Source: Methylomonas sp. (GTDB taxonomy: Bacteria > Pseudomonadota > Gammaproteobacteria > Methylococcales > Methylomonadaceae). From it: DNA of 38,658 nucleotides. The first letter of the stretch is position 1; each line of letters starts with the position of its first letter. Location of the stretch: NCBI GenBank assembly GCA_026989715.1, contig JALSIU010000342.1:1-38658 (forward strand), written 5' to 3'. Shown in pieces: positions 37,930 through 38,658 of the stretch. A program made the translations under genes and the position numbers. Below the pieces are notes generated by a model. That model was not told the origin of the DNA and searched no databases. It saw only the letters and a program-made list of their open reading frames with translations.

Positions 37930-38547
37930 ATGAATAAAGCGAGTCAAACCAAATCAAAATTTGTGGCCGTCGCCTCTATTGCGGCTGAGTTAAGTGCTGT
38001 GATGCACGTTGCTAAAGAAATTTCTTTAGCAGCGGCTAATGCTAAGGCGATTGCCTTTCGAGCAGGGGAAAAAGCAAAAGGTTTTCAGCCGATTACTGAT
38101 TTTATTAATGAATTAGCCAAAGAAACCATTGAATTGGTAAATGATATTAATGAACATGCTTTTGTATTATATCAAATGACGGTTGAGGAATATCGAATGA
38201 CAAATGTTTGTCTTGCATTCGATGAAGTCACCAGGTTGGCAGAAGGTGCACCGTATGCTGATTCATTAGCTAAACCGGTCGCATTAGCGCATCAGCGTAT
38301 GCAGAGTTGTCGCTTTCAATTTAGAACGCATGTTAATAAATTATTGGATCAATTAGAGGGCGTGATGCATCCTGCGCGAGCTGCGCGAGTGATTGCAGCG
38401 AACTCAAGAATTGAAGCATCACAAGCAGGCGAATATTTACAAAGTTTACAGGCTGTGGCGGAAAGTGTCGATAATGCGGCGCAGGTTATTCATGATAATG
38501 TACAGCGTTGCCGCAGTGCGTTATCGATTATTAATATTTCAGAATAG
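37930..38547 (+). CDS. Small soluble chemoreceptor-like protein with two degenerate MCP hairpin tips
   Basis: ISLAAANAKAIAFRAGEKAKGFQPITDFINELA and ARVIAANSRIEASQAGEYLQSLQAVAESV; helical, no TM segment. Confidence 0.7.
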   Translation: MNKASQTKSKFVAVASIAAELSAVMHVAKEISLAAANAKAIAFRAGEKAKGFQPITDFINELAKETIELVNDINEHAFVLYQMTVEEYRMTNVCLAFDEVTRLAEGAPYADSLAKPVALAHQRMQSCRFQFRTHVNKLLDQLEGVMHPARAARVIAANSRIEASQAGEYLQSLQAVAESVDNAAQVIHDNVQRCRSALSIINISE

Positions 38548-38569
38548 TGGCTAAGAGGTATTGTTTAGC

Positions 38570-38658
38570 ATGAAAATGACTAAAATTTATGAAGGTGCGT
38601 ACCAATGGATTATGTATGCACGGGATGTTAATAAGCCTGACAATATTATTGATACCAA
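38570..38658 (+). CDS. 5' end of a probable MBL-fold oxygen-binding di-iron protein (ODP-like)
   Basis: Not in the ORF track. GAGG RBS then MKMTKIYEGAYQWIMYARDVNKPDNIIDT(N). The W..xRD..KP..IIDTN pattern matches my recollection of chemotaxis-linked MBL-fold proteins. Only about 29 codons are visible. Confidence 0.6.
   Translation, partial: MKMTKIYEGAYQWIMYARDVNKPDNIIDT

Noticed and set aside
1-38658. CRISPR arrays, tRNA/rRNA, IS elements, c-di-GMP riboswitch, retron or DGR signals
   Set aside because: I saw no spaced direct repeats, cloverleafs, transposases with terminal repeats, GEMM motifs or reverse transcriptase by eye. A covariance-model search would be needed to exclude small RNAs fully.

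Overview
Core-genome window from a gammaproteobacterium of roughly 40% GC by eye. Gene content and style suggest Methylococcales (Methyloprofundus-like), but that is inference only. The left two-thirds (1-24 kb) is housekeeping: DUF971-hslU-hslV, ssb, dnaE, split letA plus 7-MCE letB, a minus-strand run gshA-rpn remnant-cysH-rbgA-esterase-cinA, recQ, a group I truncated haemoglobin, yajD-tag, and pssA-leuA-UDG-like-rimI. The right third (24.5-38.7 kb) is an F7/Che2-type chemosensory cluster: cheY, cheA, cheW, an Aer/Aer2 hybrid receptor, cheW, parA, a STAS protein, cheR, cheD, cheB and an McpA-like receptor. It continues into an HsbA/HsbR-type partner switch, a 205-aa double-tip mini-receptor and the start of a probable ODP di-iron protein. 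The best leads are: (1) a ParA plus peptide-linker-STAS pair that may position arrays; (2) a receptor combining FAD-PAS and haem-PAS; (3) a double-hairpin mini-chemoreceptor next to ODP; (4) a UDG-4 with a Pol III psi-like N-terminal peptide and altered active-site motifs at the holD position; (5) an unannotated Ile/Leu/Val-rich leader peptide before leuA; (6) an in-frame internally deleted Rpn gene. No rRNA, tRNA, CRISPR array or intact mobile element was seen. All family calls come from motif recognition by eye, not database searches.
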